Of a stretch of 64,000 nucleotides of DNA, positions 25,301 to 37,099 are shown one piece after another. The notes beneath the pieces were generated by a model. It worked only from the letters and a program-made list of their open reading frames with translations, was not told the DNA's origin and did not search any database. The first letter of the stretch is position 1. Every line of letters starts with the position of its first letter. Location of the stretch: assembly GCA_035221665.1 (NCBI GenBank), contig CM069147.1:25792001-25856000 (forward strand). Direction: 5' to 3'. The DNA is from Okamejei kenojei (Eukaryota). A program made the position numbers and the translations under genes.

Positions 25301-27363
25301 GATACTGCAAATTTATTTCACACATTGGAGGAGCATAATTCAGTCAGATCCTATTCCACCTGGACCATAGGATTCATTCAACTTCCCCCCAATGCGGAAT
25401 TAACAAACAAGTGACAACATTTGGACCCAAAACCCATCTTGATGATATGCAATATGTGCAATCCAACCTGTACCAGTCCTTAACGTTGGTGCATAGATGG
25501 CAAAGACTAAGCTTTGTGTACATTTCAGAGTACCGTGACTTTAAAAAAAGGCAGAAACAACCACGTTGAGTAAAAAGTACTAGGAGCTACACATTGCTCT
25601 GGTTTAGAATTCCCCCTCACCACAAATGCAGATTATATTCATGGTACGGGACATCAAGAAGCAGGGAGCAAAGCATTCAATATAGCATCACGTACATCTC
25701 AACTAAAGTGTTGTGCATCAGAAGGCGCCATGATTTGGAAAATAAAATGCTGCAGTGCTTCACCAGCACAAAAACGTGGAGATTGTTTTAGCTCTGTCAC
25801 GAGCGTAATCATGGCTGACAGATATTGCTTACTCTGTGGTTTAGCGCAATATAAAGTTTAGTGTCTATTTAGATGACAGAGGAGCGACATCTGAATAAAG
25901 CAAAAGTCTGTTATTTACAGTCAATGTACTGCCAAAGTAGTGAGCGTTTATGACAATCAGCAGCAATTGTATATATAACGCAAATTTAAACATCGAAGTC
26001 TCACTTTACTTTCTATTAGGAAATGGACGGCAGGCCTTTAATATTGCTGAAGACACGGTAAGCTAAGATTGTTATGGGTTGTTTTAACCTATGGCATTAA
26101 AGCTCTCCACTCAAGTTCAGTAAATTGTAACTATATCGCATGAATATCGGTTGAATTTATTGATGCATTAAAGTACCTTGAACAGCTCTGACATTCTAGT
26201 TTTGAACTACAAATGTTTGTCAATTGCGGATGTCTTTTAATTAACAGGAACGTTTCAGAAAGAAGTGAATTCAGTTGTGTGCCACGTTTAAAAACGCATT
26301 CAGTATTTGCCCGTTTTTTTGTGCGGTCTACGGAATTTTCTCGAATGCCTTTTCAAAATGCCTTTTCATCTAATCTCCAACCATACGCAAATTACATGCC
26401 CACTTTACTTGTTGGGAGAGATTGTTTAAGATGGGGTTGCTTTCATTGAGGCAAATGAGGCTGATGGGTGATTTGACCGAGGTGTGTAAAATGATCAAAG
26501 GCATTGATGGGATAGATTTTCATTTCCCTGCATGGGGTATTAAAAGCGAGGGGACGAACGGTTCAAATGGGGAACATACAATTTAATGGGGATTTGAGTG
26601 GTACGGATTTTGTAGAAGGAGCAGTTAAGACCTGAAAAGCGCAGCAAGAGCAGACGATGGATGCAAATGCAATTTCGATGTATGAGAAGCTTTAGGATAC
26701 CAAGGTAAATAGATGGGGAATAAGGTGGGGAATAAGAGCAAGTGGTATTCATGTAGAAGGCCGTAAAGGTCAACATAGCCCGGTGGGCGGGATGGCCTGA
26801 TTCTGTGTGGGTACTACATGATTTCGGAGCCGTACACCACAGAAACAATTAGGATGAGCTCAAATAGATTAACAAGCAGGACCCAAAATGTTCCAAAGTT
26901 TTAAAAGAAAAAGTGGAAGTCATTGATAAAACTAGTCAAACGTGTAAAGATTTTCGACATGCTGCCATGGCATTTTGTTACTCGTTTGAGAAATTGAAAA
27001 GATACCTTTTTGCATTCGCCACCTGAATTCAATTGCATATAAGGAGTAATACACATAAATAAAACATTATTTTGCAGCGGACGGGAAAAGAAAATGATGA
27101 GTTCTGCTCATATGCAGAATTAGATTTATCCAGGTCTAAGATGGTTTCAAATCTGAAAGGCACGGAGGAAAGAACCACATATGCAGAGGTAGGTTGTGGT
27201 TTGTCGCAAGGCATTCGGAACAGTCAACTTGTTTTCTTTTTTTTTTTTAATTGGCTTCCTTCTATAAATAATGATCTATTCCTAAACATTGTATTCACAG
27301 ACTAAGCGAGCGAATGCTAGTCAGAAGCTGATTTATGCCTCGGTGGAGCTGCGTGGATTCTAG
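16331..27363 (+). CDS. Gene 1: Ig-superfamily receptor, leader-V(J)-C1-TM-cytoplasmic ITIMs (SIRP-like / non-rearranging VJ-C1), 7 exons, 333 aa
   Basis: Exons 16331-16385, 16536-16856, 19962-20267, 22942-23049, 26020-26057, 27078-27188, 27301-27363. All introns are GT-AG with phases 1,1,1,1,0,0. The joined 1002-nt ORF is open and ends in TAG. The exon layout mirrors gene 2. Confidence 0.88.
16536..16856 (+). CDS. Gene 1 exon 2, Ig V-set domain with J-like end
   Basis: tacag acceptor; QVDQSP...LYC...FYWWKLGE...LHILNIRADDAGVYYC...NGSGSRINVF; G|GTATGT donor. Confidence 0.95.
17602..18383 (+). mobile_element. Internally deleted and rearranged Gypsy-type LTR retroelement in gene 1 intron 2
   Basis: 5-bp TSD GTAGC (17597-17601, 18384-18388). 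Complete 200-bp 3' LTR TGTAG...TACA (18184-18383) preceded by the PPT aaggggaagga. 51-bp 5' LTR remnant (17602-17652). Integrase C-terminal remnants between them. Confidence 0.88.
18490..19795 (+). mobile_element. Penelope-like retroelement fragment (RT C-terminus, GIY-YIG endonuclease, terminal repeat)
   Basis: TDIYYKPTDSH and IPYSQF RT/thumb motifs; FTCTSSNFIYCIRCSRCQLLYIDEANHRLGDRF GIY-YIG motif; hammerhead-like core at 19703-19730. Confidence 0.88.
19962..20267 (+). CDS. Gene 1 exon 3, Ig C1-set domain
   Basis: ttgcag acceptor; VPPAQLRI...LLCKADEFYPASLNLTWYRNG...NGLYEVSSHL...YTCQVAHPTL (C1 signatures FYP, W, YxCxVxH); CAG|GTAAC donor. Confidence 0.95.
22560..22830 (+). mobile_element. 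tRNA-derived SINE (degenerate)
   Basis: B-box-like ggattcgatcc followed by a body that matches 37100-37395. Ends in a ctaaa-type tail. Confidence 0.65.
22942..23049 (+). CDS. Gene 1 exon 4, stalk and transmembrane helix
   Basis: Long polypyrimidine tract plus tacag; DNNYTYFRIYGCAAGGIIFILLLIITMVCRYIKKSK; donor C|GTGAGC (an alternative same-phase donor lies at 23044). Confidence 0.88.
23490..23780 (-). mobile_element. tRNA-derived SINE (minus strand)
   Basis: Reverse complement of the same SINE body; (tttaga)n tail at its left end. Confidence 0.7.
26020..26057 (+). CDS. Gene 1 exon 5, short cytoplasmic exon (RNGRQAFNIAEDT)
   Basis: ttctattag acceptor and ACG|GTAAGC donor. The 38 nt convert phase 1 to phase 0 as required. 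Positional equivalent of the 44-nt exon in gene 2. Confidence 0.75.
27078..27188 (+). CDS. Gene 1 exon 6, cytoplasmic tyrosine-motif exon (CSYAEL ... TTYAE)
   Basis: tttgcag acceptor and GAG|GTAGGT donor, 111 nt, phase 0-0. Homologous to gene 2 exons at 52830 and 55878. Confidence 0.88.
27301..27363 (+). CDS. Gene 1 exon 7, terminal exon with ITIM LIYASV
   Basis: ttcacag acceptor; TKRANASQKLIYASVELRGF-stop. Homologous to gene 2 [15 protein letters not shown]. Confidence 0.82.
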   Translation, partial: TKRANASQKLIYASVELRGF

Positions 27364-27424
27364 AAAACAGAAGGGGCCAAATGGAAGAAAAATTAAGGAT
27401 TAGAATTTAACGGCGTGCTTAATT

Positions 27425-28127
27425 TAGAAATATAGAAACAGAAAATAGGTGCAGGAGTAGGCCATTCGGCCCTTCGAGCCTGCACCGACATTCAATATGA
27501 TCATGGCTGATCATCCAACTCAGTATCCTGTACCTGCTTTCTCTCCATACCCACTGATCCATTTAGCCACAAGGACCAGATCTAACTCCCTCTTAAATAT
27601 AGCCAATGAAGTGGCCTCAACTACCTTTTCTGGCAGGGAATTCCAGAGATTCACCACTCTCTGTGTGAAAAATGTTTTTCTCATCTCGGTCCTAAAAGAC
27701 TTCCCCCTTATCCTTAAACTGTGACCCTTTGTTTTGGACTTCCCCAACATCGAAACAATCTTCCTGCACCTAGCCTGTCCAACCCCTTAAGAATTTTGTA
27801 AGTTTCTATAAGTTCCCTCCTCAATCTTCTAAATTCTAGCGAGTACAAGTCGAGTCTATCCAGTCTTTCTTCATATGGAAGTCCTGACATCCCAGGAATC
27901 AGTCTGCTGAACGTTCTCTGTACTCCCTCTGTAGCAAGAATGGCTTTGCTCAGATTTGGAGACCAAAACTGTACGCAATACTCCAGGTGTGGTCTCACAA
28001 AAACCCTGTACAACTGCAGTAGAACCTTCCTGCTCCCATACTCAAATCCTTTTGCTATGAATGCTAACATACCATTCGCTTTCTTCACTGCCTGCTGCAC
28101 CTGCATGCCTACTTTCAATGACTGGTG
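27425..28127 (-). mobile_element. CR1 LINE 3' fragment
   Basis: Minus-strand [13 protein letters not shown]...[13 protein letters not shown]...[14 protein letters not shown]. Confidence 0.92.
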
Positions 28128-28247
28128 ACATCAATGACTTTAAGACATCAACATAAAATCCGTGCCCAATTATGCATTATCAACGTGGAAACGATGTTGT
28201 TGTAATTTAACTATAATTGCTTGACATCAATAATTTAGCTTGTGTGC

Positions 28248-28492
28248 ATTTTCACACAGGGAGTAGTGAGTCTGTGGAATTCTCTGCTTCAGGGGGCGGT
28301 GGAGGCAGGTTCTCGGCATGCTTTCAAGACAGAGCTGTATAGGGCTCTTAAAAATAGCGGAGTCAGGGGATATGGGGAGAAGGCAGGAACGGGGTACTGA
28401 TTGGGGATGATCAGCCATGGTCACATTGAATGGCAATGCTGGCTCGAAGGGCCGAATGGCCTACTCCTGCACCTATTGTATATTGTCTATTG
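28248..28492 (+). mobile_element. CR1 LINE 3' end
   Basis: ttttcacacagggagtagtgagtctgtggaattctctgc...gcctactcctgcacctattg tail. Confidence 0.88.
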
Positions 28493-29325
28493 TATTTTTT
28501 ATTTCTTGCAGTTGATCTATTTCAAACAGAAATAACTCAATGGCGACCTTTGCAATTGCATTGATAGATGCCATGATTGTTCATCGTGAGTGGAGGTCAT
28601 ATTTCATGAATTCGTTGAAACTAAATGTTATGTCTATTCATGGCAAATTATCCTTATATGACCCACGAAGACAACGATCAGCGCCATGTGATATGTTCCT
28701 TGAAATAATGTGTAGGCGGGCATATTAAGTTACACTACCAAATTGCACCTCAAACAATTCCGACTGGAAGGGATGTTCAATATGGAGAAGCTTAAACGTT
28801 TAAATAGATACCTACAATCAAAGGCGGGGAGCGGCGATCTCCCCATACAGCACCCAAGTCGAATCATGGGTTCATAAATTCTATGAGCCGAATTAGGCCA
28901 TTCACTCAATCAAGTCTACTCCGCCATTCAAACATGGCTGATCTATATTTCCATCTTAACCGCATTTTCCTACCTTCGCCTGATTACACCTGAAACCATT
29001 CAATCTGTCAATCTCCACTTTAAAAATCCCACAATCATTTGTGGCAATGAATTCCACAGATTCGCCATCCTCCGACTAAAGACATTCCTCCTCAGCTCCT
29101 TTGTAAAGGTACGTCCTTTAATTCTGAGGCTATAGCGAAAAACTTATACTCAAATTCTGGAAAATGGCTACTATACCAATACTCAAAATGTGGATTGGTA
29201 ATATGTTGGAAACGGCCCATTTGGAAGAAATTAGACTCATCCGAATAGAAAAAAAGACCAATTCTTAACGAGTTGGTCTCCATTTATTGATCTTGTGGAT
29301 TCATGGTGTGTAATAACATCGTAAA

Positions 29326-29385
29326 ATTAAAAACTCTGGGTTTGAGTGAAAAATGATTAAGAACAAAAAAATAAAATAAAATAAA
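29326..29385 (+). terminator. Candidate polyadenylation signals for gene 1
   Basis: First ATTAAA (29326) and clustered AATAAA (from 29370) I could find after the stop codon, followed by GT/T-rich sequence. Confidence 0.35.
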
Positions 29386-29614
29386 AATATATCGACTTGT
29401 GGCGTGTGAGATTTTCCTTTCTGCTTCACTTTCTCGCTTATTTCTTTCTTTACACTACACTCAGTAGACTATTCTTTATTCTTCGATACTTCTTTCTTTT
29501 TCATTTCTTTCTAAAAAAAAAAGGAAGTTGTACAAAGAATGTTTTAATAATTCTGGGAACCTGTAAAAAGGTACCATTAAAATGTAATGTACTTACTTCT
29601 AATAAATAAATAAT

Positions 29615-30270
29615 TCGGAGGCTATAGCTGCCGATCCTCGCCTCTTCCACTACTGGAAACATCCTCTCCACCTTTAATCTATCCAGGCCTTCACTATTCT
29701 GTAAGTTTCAATGAGCCCCCCCCCCCCCCTCCCCCCCCAACTCCCCACTCTCCCACTTATCCGTCCAAACTCCAGCGAATAGAGACCCAGTGCCTTCACA
29801 CGCTCATCATATGTTAACAGAATCACTCCGGTGATCATTCTAGTAAACCTCCCATAGACCCTGCCCAACGCCAGCACACCTTTCCTCAGATATGGAACCT
29901 AAATTCGCTCACAATACTCCAAATGTGGTCTGACCAATGCCTAATAAAGCATCAGCATTACATCGATGTGTTTTTTATTCTGTCCCTCTCGAAATAAATA
30001 CCAACGTTGCATTCACCTTCTTTACTGTCGATTCGACTTGCAAATGAACGTTTTGGGTATCCCGAACCGGCATTCCCAAGTCCCTTTCTGAATTATCTCC
30101 CCATTTAGAAAATAGTCTATGCCTTTATTCCTACTACCAAAATACATGTCTCCGCACTTTGCTATGCTGTATTCCATCTGCCACTTCTCAGCCCACTCTC
30201 TCAACCTGACCAAGTCTTTCTGCAGAGTCCCTGCTTTCTCTACACTACCTACCCCTCCACCTATCTTCGT
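29615..30270 (-). mobile_element. CR1 LINE fragment
   Basis: Minus-strand peptides RLREWAEKWQMEY...YFLNGE and ALGLYSLEF...LIETYRIVK. Confidence 0.85.
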
Positions 30271-30577
30271 AAGTTCCTATGTTTCAACTGTGGCGATCTG
30301 GGTCAGAATTACTGTATTCCATCATAAAACAGAGTTTGGAATGTATGACTTGAAAATTATTGGAGATTTGGTTGATGTGGGGAATGTTTCACATCATGCG
30401 GTGAATGTGTCCTTATTATTTTCTTTAACCCTTAATCCTTTCATTGTAGGTCCTTACTGGTTTAAGAGTGAACCCGGCCAATTCATTCATATGAGTAATA
30501 TGAGTCCAAGTCATTTGTCTTGTGACACGAGTTAAATATTGTAGTACTAATACTTGTAATGTTGTTTGCCTTGTTTA

Positions 30578-30879
30578 TCTATATATGTAACTTATATATA
30601 CTCATCTTGGTATCTGCAGGTTTGCATTGTTTTTCTATTTGCGCAAAAACAGTTTTTCCCCACCTTACTCACCACTGTCCTGTGCTGTAAATTCAATAAG
30701 TTTTGTTCAGATCTATGGTATATTTAAAAACCTATTAAGGTTTCAAACCCCGTAAAAACCACGCATTCGCATTTTGGGGACAGTTCTCGTGCGCATCTTT
30801 AATGGCGTTGCAAAGGGCACAAAACGGTTCCTCAGCCGCGCCTGCGCAGTTTGGGGTCTTTCCAGGATTGATATGGCGA

Positions 30880-30910
<31 letters not shown>

Positions 30911-31679
30911 CACGACAGGCCACGCCGACGATCTGGGGCATGAGCGTTGAAGCTGGCGGCGGCAGCTGGCCCCGGGGACGAGAAGAGGCCACGGACGATC
31001 CGGGGCCTGGCCGCTGAGGCTTGCGGCTTGGCCGGCTCCGGCTCCGGCTCCGGGGGCGGGCTGAGGCAACGCCGAGGGCGCTGAGACTAGCGGCGGCGGC
31101 GCTGCTGCCTACTGGCACACAAGGAGGTAAGGGAGCTGCACTCTCGAGATCCTTGTAAGGAGGGAAGGTGGGGGGGATTGAGGGATAGGAGGGGGGAGTG
31201 AGGGGGGAAAGTGCGGGAGGTGAGGAGGGAAAGTGGGGAGGACGGGGATTAGATGGAGAGGAGGGGAGTGGGGAGGTAGGGTGCGGGGAATAGAAGGAGG
31301 GGAAGGCAGTGGGGGAGGTAAGGAGGGATTGTGGGGGGGTAGGGGAGGTGAGGAGTGGGGGAGATGGGGGGTAGAGGGAAAGGAGGGGTAGGGAGGGGAG
31401 AGGAGTTATGGAGGGAGGGAGGCAGTGACTGAGGGTGGGGAAAGGAGAGGGAGGGAGAGGTGAGGTAGGGTTTGGGGAGGGGAGGAGGAGAGGGGTAAGG
31501 AGAGGGATGGAGAAGATGAGGGGAGGTGCTCGGGACGAGGGGAAATGAGCCGCGCCTGTGCAGTTGAGGGCTATGGGTGAGTGGTGGAATATTGCGTTCG
31601 GGGATCGGGTTGCGCTGGGGGAACAGGTGAGTGGTGGATTACTGCGTTGGGGGAGCAGACCCAACAGGTCTGCACTTAG
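30578..31679 (+). mobile_element. Putative non-autonomous Helitron
   Basis: A|TCTATATAT 5' end; 3' hairpin GCAGACC-caaca-GGTCTGC (31655-31673) followed by ACTTAG|T; no TSD. Internal CpG-rich and GA-rich segments. Confidence 0.55.
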
Positions 31680-33449
31680 TATTTTACTAATTAACTGTGG
31701 ATGTGAAGAACAATGGGGACCCGGCGTGGGGGGGGGGGCGCCGTGAAGAACAAAGGGGACCCAACGTGGGGGAACAGTTGTGAGGGACGGCAGGAGAACA
31801 AATGGGGACCGGGTGTGGGGAGAGGGGGCACTCTAGTTTGGAACCCTCTGGCCAGAGGATGAGTCTGTGTTTGTTTGTTTGTTTGTTCATTTGTTTCAGT
31901 GAATGCGCTGTACACACGGTAGCCAGCCAACAGTCGCTTTTCTTTTTCTTTTTTTCTCACTTTTAATTTCAAACTTTGGTGTGCCTTGTGTGATGTGACT
32001 GTGGGCAGACCACTTTCCCTCCGGGGATGAATAAAGTTTTATCGTATCGTATTGTATCAAATCGAATCTAACCAGTGAGCCCTGAATTACGTTATCGTAC
32101 GTACTGAGAGATCGTGGCTAAACTGTCACTGTGTCCCAGGGGTCAAAGACTGACCCTGTAATAGTGAGACCTGTGGCAGGTGGACGGGATATTTACTTCA
32201 CTGGTGATCCAAGGCATCAAACGGAGGAGTGTAAGGAAAGTGACAGGATATGTCATATTGAGTAGTGATTTATTGCGTGGAAAGTGATAAAGGGATAGCA
32301 TGCAAAATGAAGAGCAACTAAAGAACGGCTATGCAGCTATTGCGGATTTCAGATAAAAGATACAGTAGTAACCTTGATTGAACATTCTGTAACAACCTTG
32401 TATAATTACCACAGTTAGCAGACAGGTGTATGTTGATGTATTTTACTGCCATTGTTAACCGTGAAATGTTGCTGATATGGAAAAAGAATAACAGAATAAC
32501 AGAACCTTGGATGTTATTATAACAGAACCTTGGATGGTATAACTAATGCTCATTAGTTGGGACTTCGCCCAGGGGCTGTGTCGCTACCAGTGCCAAGGGA
32601 AAGCTGCCAGCCTTGCTTGTGGGCGGATCTGCCTGCCACTGACTGGGTGCCCACTTGGCGTTATTGGAGAACCAGGATGATGAAAATGAATTACCACCAG
32701 CATTAAGCTACCCAGAAAACATGTGAAGAATCAGTGAACCGAATTGCGTGTTTATGTTTTGGCAAAACTATTACATGAAACAATAATTTAGTGCGACCCG
32801 GTGTAAGGAATTTGACGCAGACACGATTAGAAAGCAACAATGCAGCTTTCTATAGAACTGCAATAATTCTTCCTCGAAGTCGTGCCCATTGCATATCCTG
32901 TGGTGACAAGGCATCCATGCCAGTTTATGTAGGAGGCAGGAGAAGAGAGGATTCAACGATACAACACGTAAAAGGTAGCTACATTCATACATTCTTATAT
33001 GTATAAATATATCCTATTATTATGTGGGAAGGAATAATCTTTCCATTTGTTGGGTGCGTACACATGTGGCCATCCACTCTAAAGGATGTAACCTCCCGAA
33101 GTCTATCGCTATCAAGGTGGAAGATTGCAACCGTCACGTGGTCCGCCCTGTTTCAACTAATGCAATCAACTGGACGTGCACAAACGGAAGATCAAATAGA
33201 ACAAGTTGTCCAACACCTTTAGGCTGTGCACGTCACACGAAAGAAGAAGAGGAATAAGGTGTCTGAAATAGCCGAGTGGCACACTTCCCGGAATAATACC
33301 ACCATCTGGTCTGCTTGTATGAATCTCAAAAGGAACGATGGTCCTCAGTGGAGATGATGATATATCTATGCTACCACACCGGAGTTCCAGAAATGGAAAT
33401 CAGCAGCTTACGCCCTAAATCAATCGATACTCATAGGGGTATCAACCCA

Positions 33450-34200
33450 AATAGACAATAGACAATAGACAATAGGTGCAGGAGTAGGCCATTCGGCCCT
33501 TCGAGCCAGCACCTCCATTCAATGTGATCATGGCTGATCATCCCCAACCAGTACCCCGTTCCTGCCTTCTCCCCATATCCCCTGACTCCGCTATTTTAAG
33601 AGCCCTATCTAACTCTCTCTTGAAAACATCCAGAGATCCTGCCGCCAGCGCCCTCTGAGGCAGAGAATTCCACAGACTCACCGCTCTCTGTGAGAAAAAG
33701 CGTTTCCTCGTCTCCGTTCTAAATGGCTTACTCCTTATACTTAAACTGAGGCCCCTGGTCCTGGACTCCCCCAACATAGGGATCATGTTTCCTGCCTCTA
33801 GTGTGTCCAAACACTTAACAATCTTATATGTTTCAATGAGATCCCCTCTCATCCTTCTAAACTCCAGAGCCCAGCTGCTCCATTGTCTCAGCATATGACA
33901 GTCCCGCCATCCCGGGGCTTAACCTTGTAAACCTACGCTGCAGTCCCTCAATAGCAAGAATGTCCTTCCTCAAATTAGGGGATCAAACGTGCACACAACA
34001 CTCCAGGTGCGGTCTCATTAGGGTTCTGTTCAACTGCAGAAGGACCTCTTAGCTCCTATATTCGATTCCTCTTGTTGTAAAGGCCAACATGCCATTCGCT
34101 TTCTTCACTACCTGCTGTACCTGCATGCTTACTTTCATAGACTGATTTACAAGGACCCCCCAGATCCCGTTGTACTTCCCCTTTTCCCTACTTGACGCAA
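33450..34200 (-). mobile_element. CR1 LINE 3' fragment
   Basis: (aatagac)n tail at 33450 and minus-strand ORF LEFRRMRGDLIETYKI...SLWNSLPQRA. Confidence 0.92.
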
Positions 34201-34369
34201 TCTACTATCGTACCCGACATTCCTCTTTCTGAAAAGGGTCTCGACCGAAACATCACCTATTACTTTTCACCAGAGATGCTGGCTGATCCGCTGAGTTTCT
34301 ACAAATATTCGTGTCTGTCTTCGGTTTTAACCAGCTTCTGCAGTTCCCCATACAACTTCAACTTTCTTG

Positions 34370-35850
34370 ACTCTCACTCGGGTGGAGGAAGGCCTGAAGA
34401 AGCAATTTGCCTTGTCAGGCAACAGAGGGAACGCGTAGAAGTGGGGAGCATTTTGGTCCATCAATATTTCAAAATGCCTGATGGTCCATGCGATGCTATA
34501 CGAAGGGAATATAGTCACGTTGTGGCCTGTAACTGTTCAACTGGATACTTTTTTCAAGACACCGGATTCACCACTCGGTCGAATTCTTTACCACCTACAA
34601 TGGTGCATTCTGTGCCTGCGGCCATAGGGCCAATGTCGGGTTGCCCCAGGATTGGGCAAGCTTGCCTATCTAGCCTACGTGATGCCTTTTATCTGCGACA
34701 CCAACTCGTTACCCCTAACGCACTCTCACTGACCAGACGGACCATCACTGAATCTGAAATGTTCCTTGTTACTGCAATCTCTTGGTTCGGGGTGAGAAAG
34801 ACCATCGAAGGTGGCGAGAGAGACCATCAACCTCGCCTCTGCATTAGAAAAGATTATCAATGACATTGCCATAGCCTTCAAGAAATAAATGCGGAGATGA
34901 TGGCCATCCTGATGATTGGCCTGCAGAACTGAATAGCTTTGTATTTCTTCCAAGCAGAAAAAGGAGGAACAAGTGCTGTCATAGGTTCTGAAAGTTTTTA
35001 ATTTAACCATGATGCAAAAGATATCATCAGCAACTTGGCTGGCCATATCCGCAAAGACGCAGCCAAGATACAGGGCAGTAGTAAGAGGAGCACATGGTCA
35101 AGGTAGGGATGTGAAACAGGAGGGCTGGGATTGATAGGGGCCTCCTTGGTGCAAAGGTAATATGTTTTCGTTCCCATAGTACTGTTTATTGCTTTTGCGC
35201 TTCATAAATGTTGCTGATGATGATGGAACAAAGTGTCTCCTTTTTCCCCAAAGCTCAGATCCTCGATCACCAATAGGGTTTCCGGACACATATACCCTCC
35301 AAACAGTGCCTCGTGATCACAAGTGTATTGGGTAGCTGCGATATCATTGTAAAGGATGTGCACGTGCCTCGTAAACATCGGAAAGAAGTAACAAAGTAAC
35401 AAAAGTAACAAATAAATCTTGTACTTAAATTATAAGGGAGGGATTTTGAAAGAAGAGAACCATAAAGGGGAACGGCAGTAGAGGGCCGAACGGTAATGGG
35501 ACATTTTACATAGCTGCCTTGGGGGTGATTGGAAGAAACCCAGAACACGACGATGTGCCAAACTGAAGTGCATGATTCACAGCCTTTATCAAAACATTCT
35601 GATAACGGAGGAAAGTTGGGTTAATTAGTCTAAACGTACAATGCAATAAAAGAAACTGTGGAAGAGCATGTGATCTTTGTTCTGGGAACGGTCTAGTTTG
35701 ACTGTTCGCAACGGCCGTTGTATATGGCGCTCTTTGATGAAGTATAGCGTTGACTGCCTTACCCGATTCTTGCGGGTGCATTTTAAAGCGGTTTTCCACA
35801 CTACATATCATTCAACACGGGTCAAAATGATTATTTCTATGTTTGAGAAT
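34370..35850 (-). mobile_element. Possible highly decayed DDD/E DNA-transposon transposase relic
   Basis: Broken minus-strand peptides FRFSDGPSGQ and GPMAAGTECTI resemble the SDG..Q and GP.DG.GGT motifs of Sola2-like transposases. Confidence 0.3.
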
Positions 35851-37099
35851 TGTTTAATTAAAATAAGTGTACGCACAAATTCTAATAACAACAAATCCTT
35901 GTGCAATTGTGTCCCATGATTATATGGCGAGTATTTTCTTTGGCACTAAATATAAACCAACAAGTAGATTCGGAGGACTTTTTAATGGGACAATATTTTG
36001 GAAAATTATTTGAATTTATATTTCTGTTTAAGCATAACATTATTAAACAATTGAATTAGTAACAACAGAATAAAATATTGTTTTTGTTGTCTCGATGGAG
36101 CATTCTATGCAAGAACATAACGGAAGTAGGCGATCAGGCAATGGGATGGGCAGATGCCCGCCACATCAAATTCTAAATGGTCAGCATGAAGCCCCCCCTT
36201 TTTTTAAAAAAGGTAGAACTGTAGCACTTTCACAACCTGTTTTCCAAAACAATAAATGCCTAACAATGTGCTGGACATTCAACGTGGAATATGATATCCA
36301 ATAATAAATCCTTTCATTGTAATTTCATAATTTAATAGATGTTATTGATGAACCTAATGCATGTGGATGAATGGTTATCGTCCTTCATTTGATTGTAAAG
36401 AAAACATGGAAAGAAATATTTAGTGCAGGAATATATTGTATCAATTTTCTGGTATTGTTACAACTTACTGTTTTACCCTCCCATTTTCATTATATTCTTA
36501 AGTGACCAAAATGCGCCTGACATCCGTGGAATATTTACGTACAGATACTCGTTACGATAGACGATAGAACATCCAAATTATATTAAGAGAGTAGGATATA
36601 TTCCGCGTGGATACCTTTACGTGGAGTCACGTTTCACCCAAATCTACTGAATACATAGAGGCACAGAGCTACACTGCACTGAAACCAGACATTAGCCCTA
36701 CTCGTCTATGCCAACCGACCTAGTCCCAGGTGGCTACTCCTAGACCCCATCCGTCCACGTGATTCTTAGCCATGTATCTGTCCAACGGTCTTCTAAATGT
36801 CGTAACGAGTTTTTTGTTGATGAATCTGGTTCAACGCATTGTGGCAGACAGAACCAGCGAAACGCTATTGCTAACATCTTACCACCATAAACACGATGAA
36901 TGGTTTACTCATTGTGGCAGGCAATTACTACTAGCGTGCCGTTCGTATCAGTGCCGGGGCCTTATTATTTCATAATATATATAAATCTTTCTCAATCAGT
37001 TGCCCCGGCATGCGCACACGCACACACGCACAGAAACACACATACAGACACACACACATCCGCCACACACTTGAATTGGTTCAGTCTGACACTGATGGA

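Noticed and set aside
30735-31664. 309-aa minus-strand ORF with poly-Arg and Pro-rich segments
   Set aside because: It is a translation of GC-triplet and GA-rich repeats inside the Helitron-like element.
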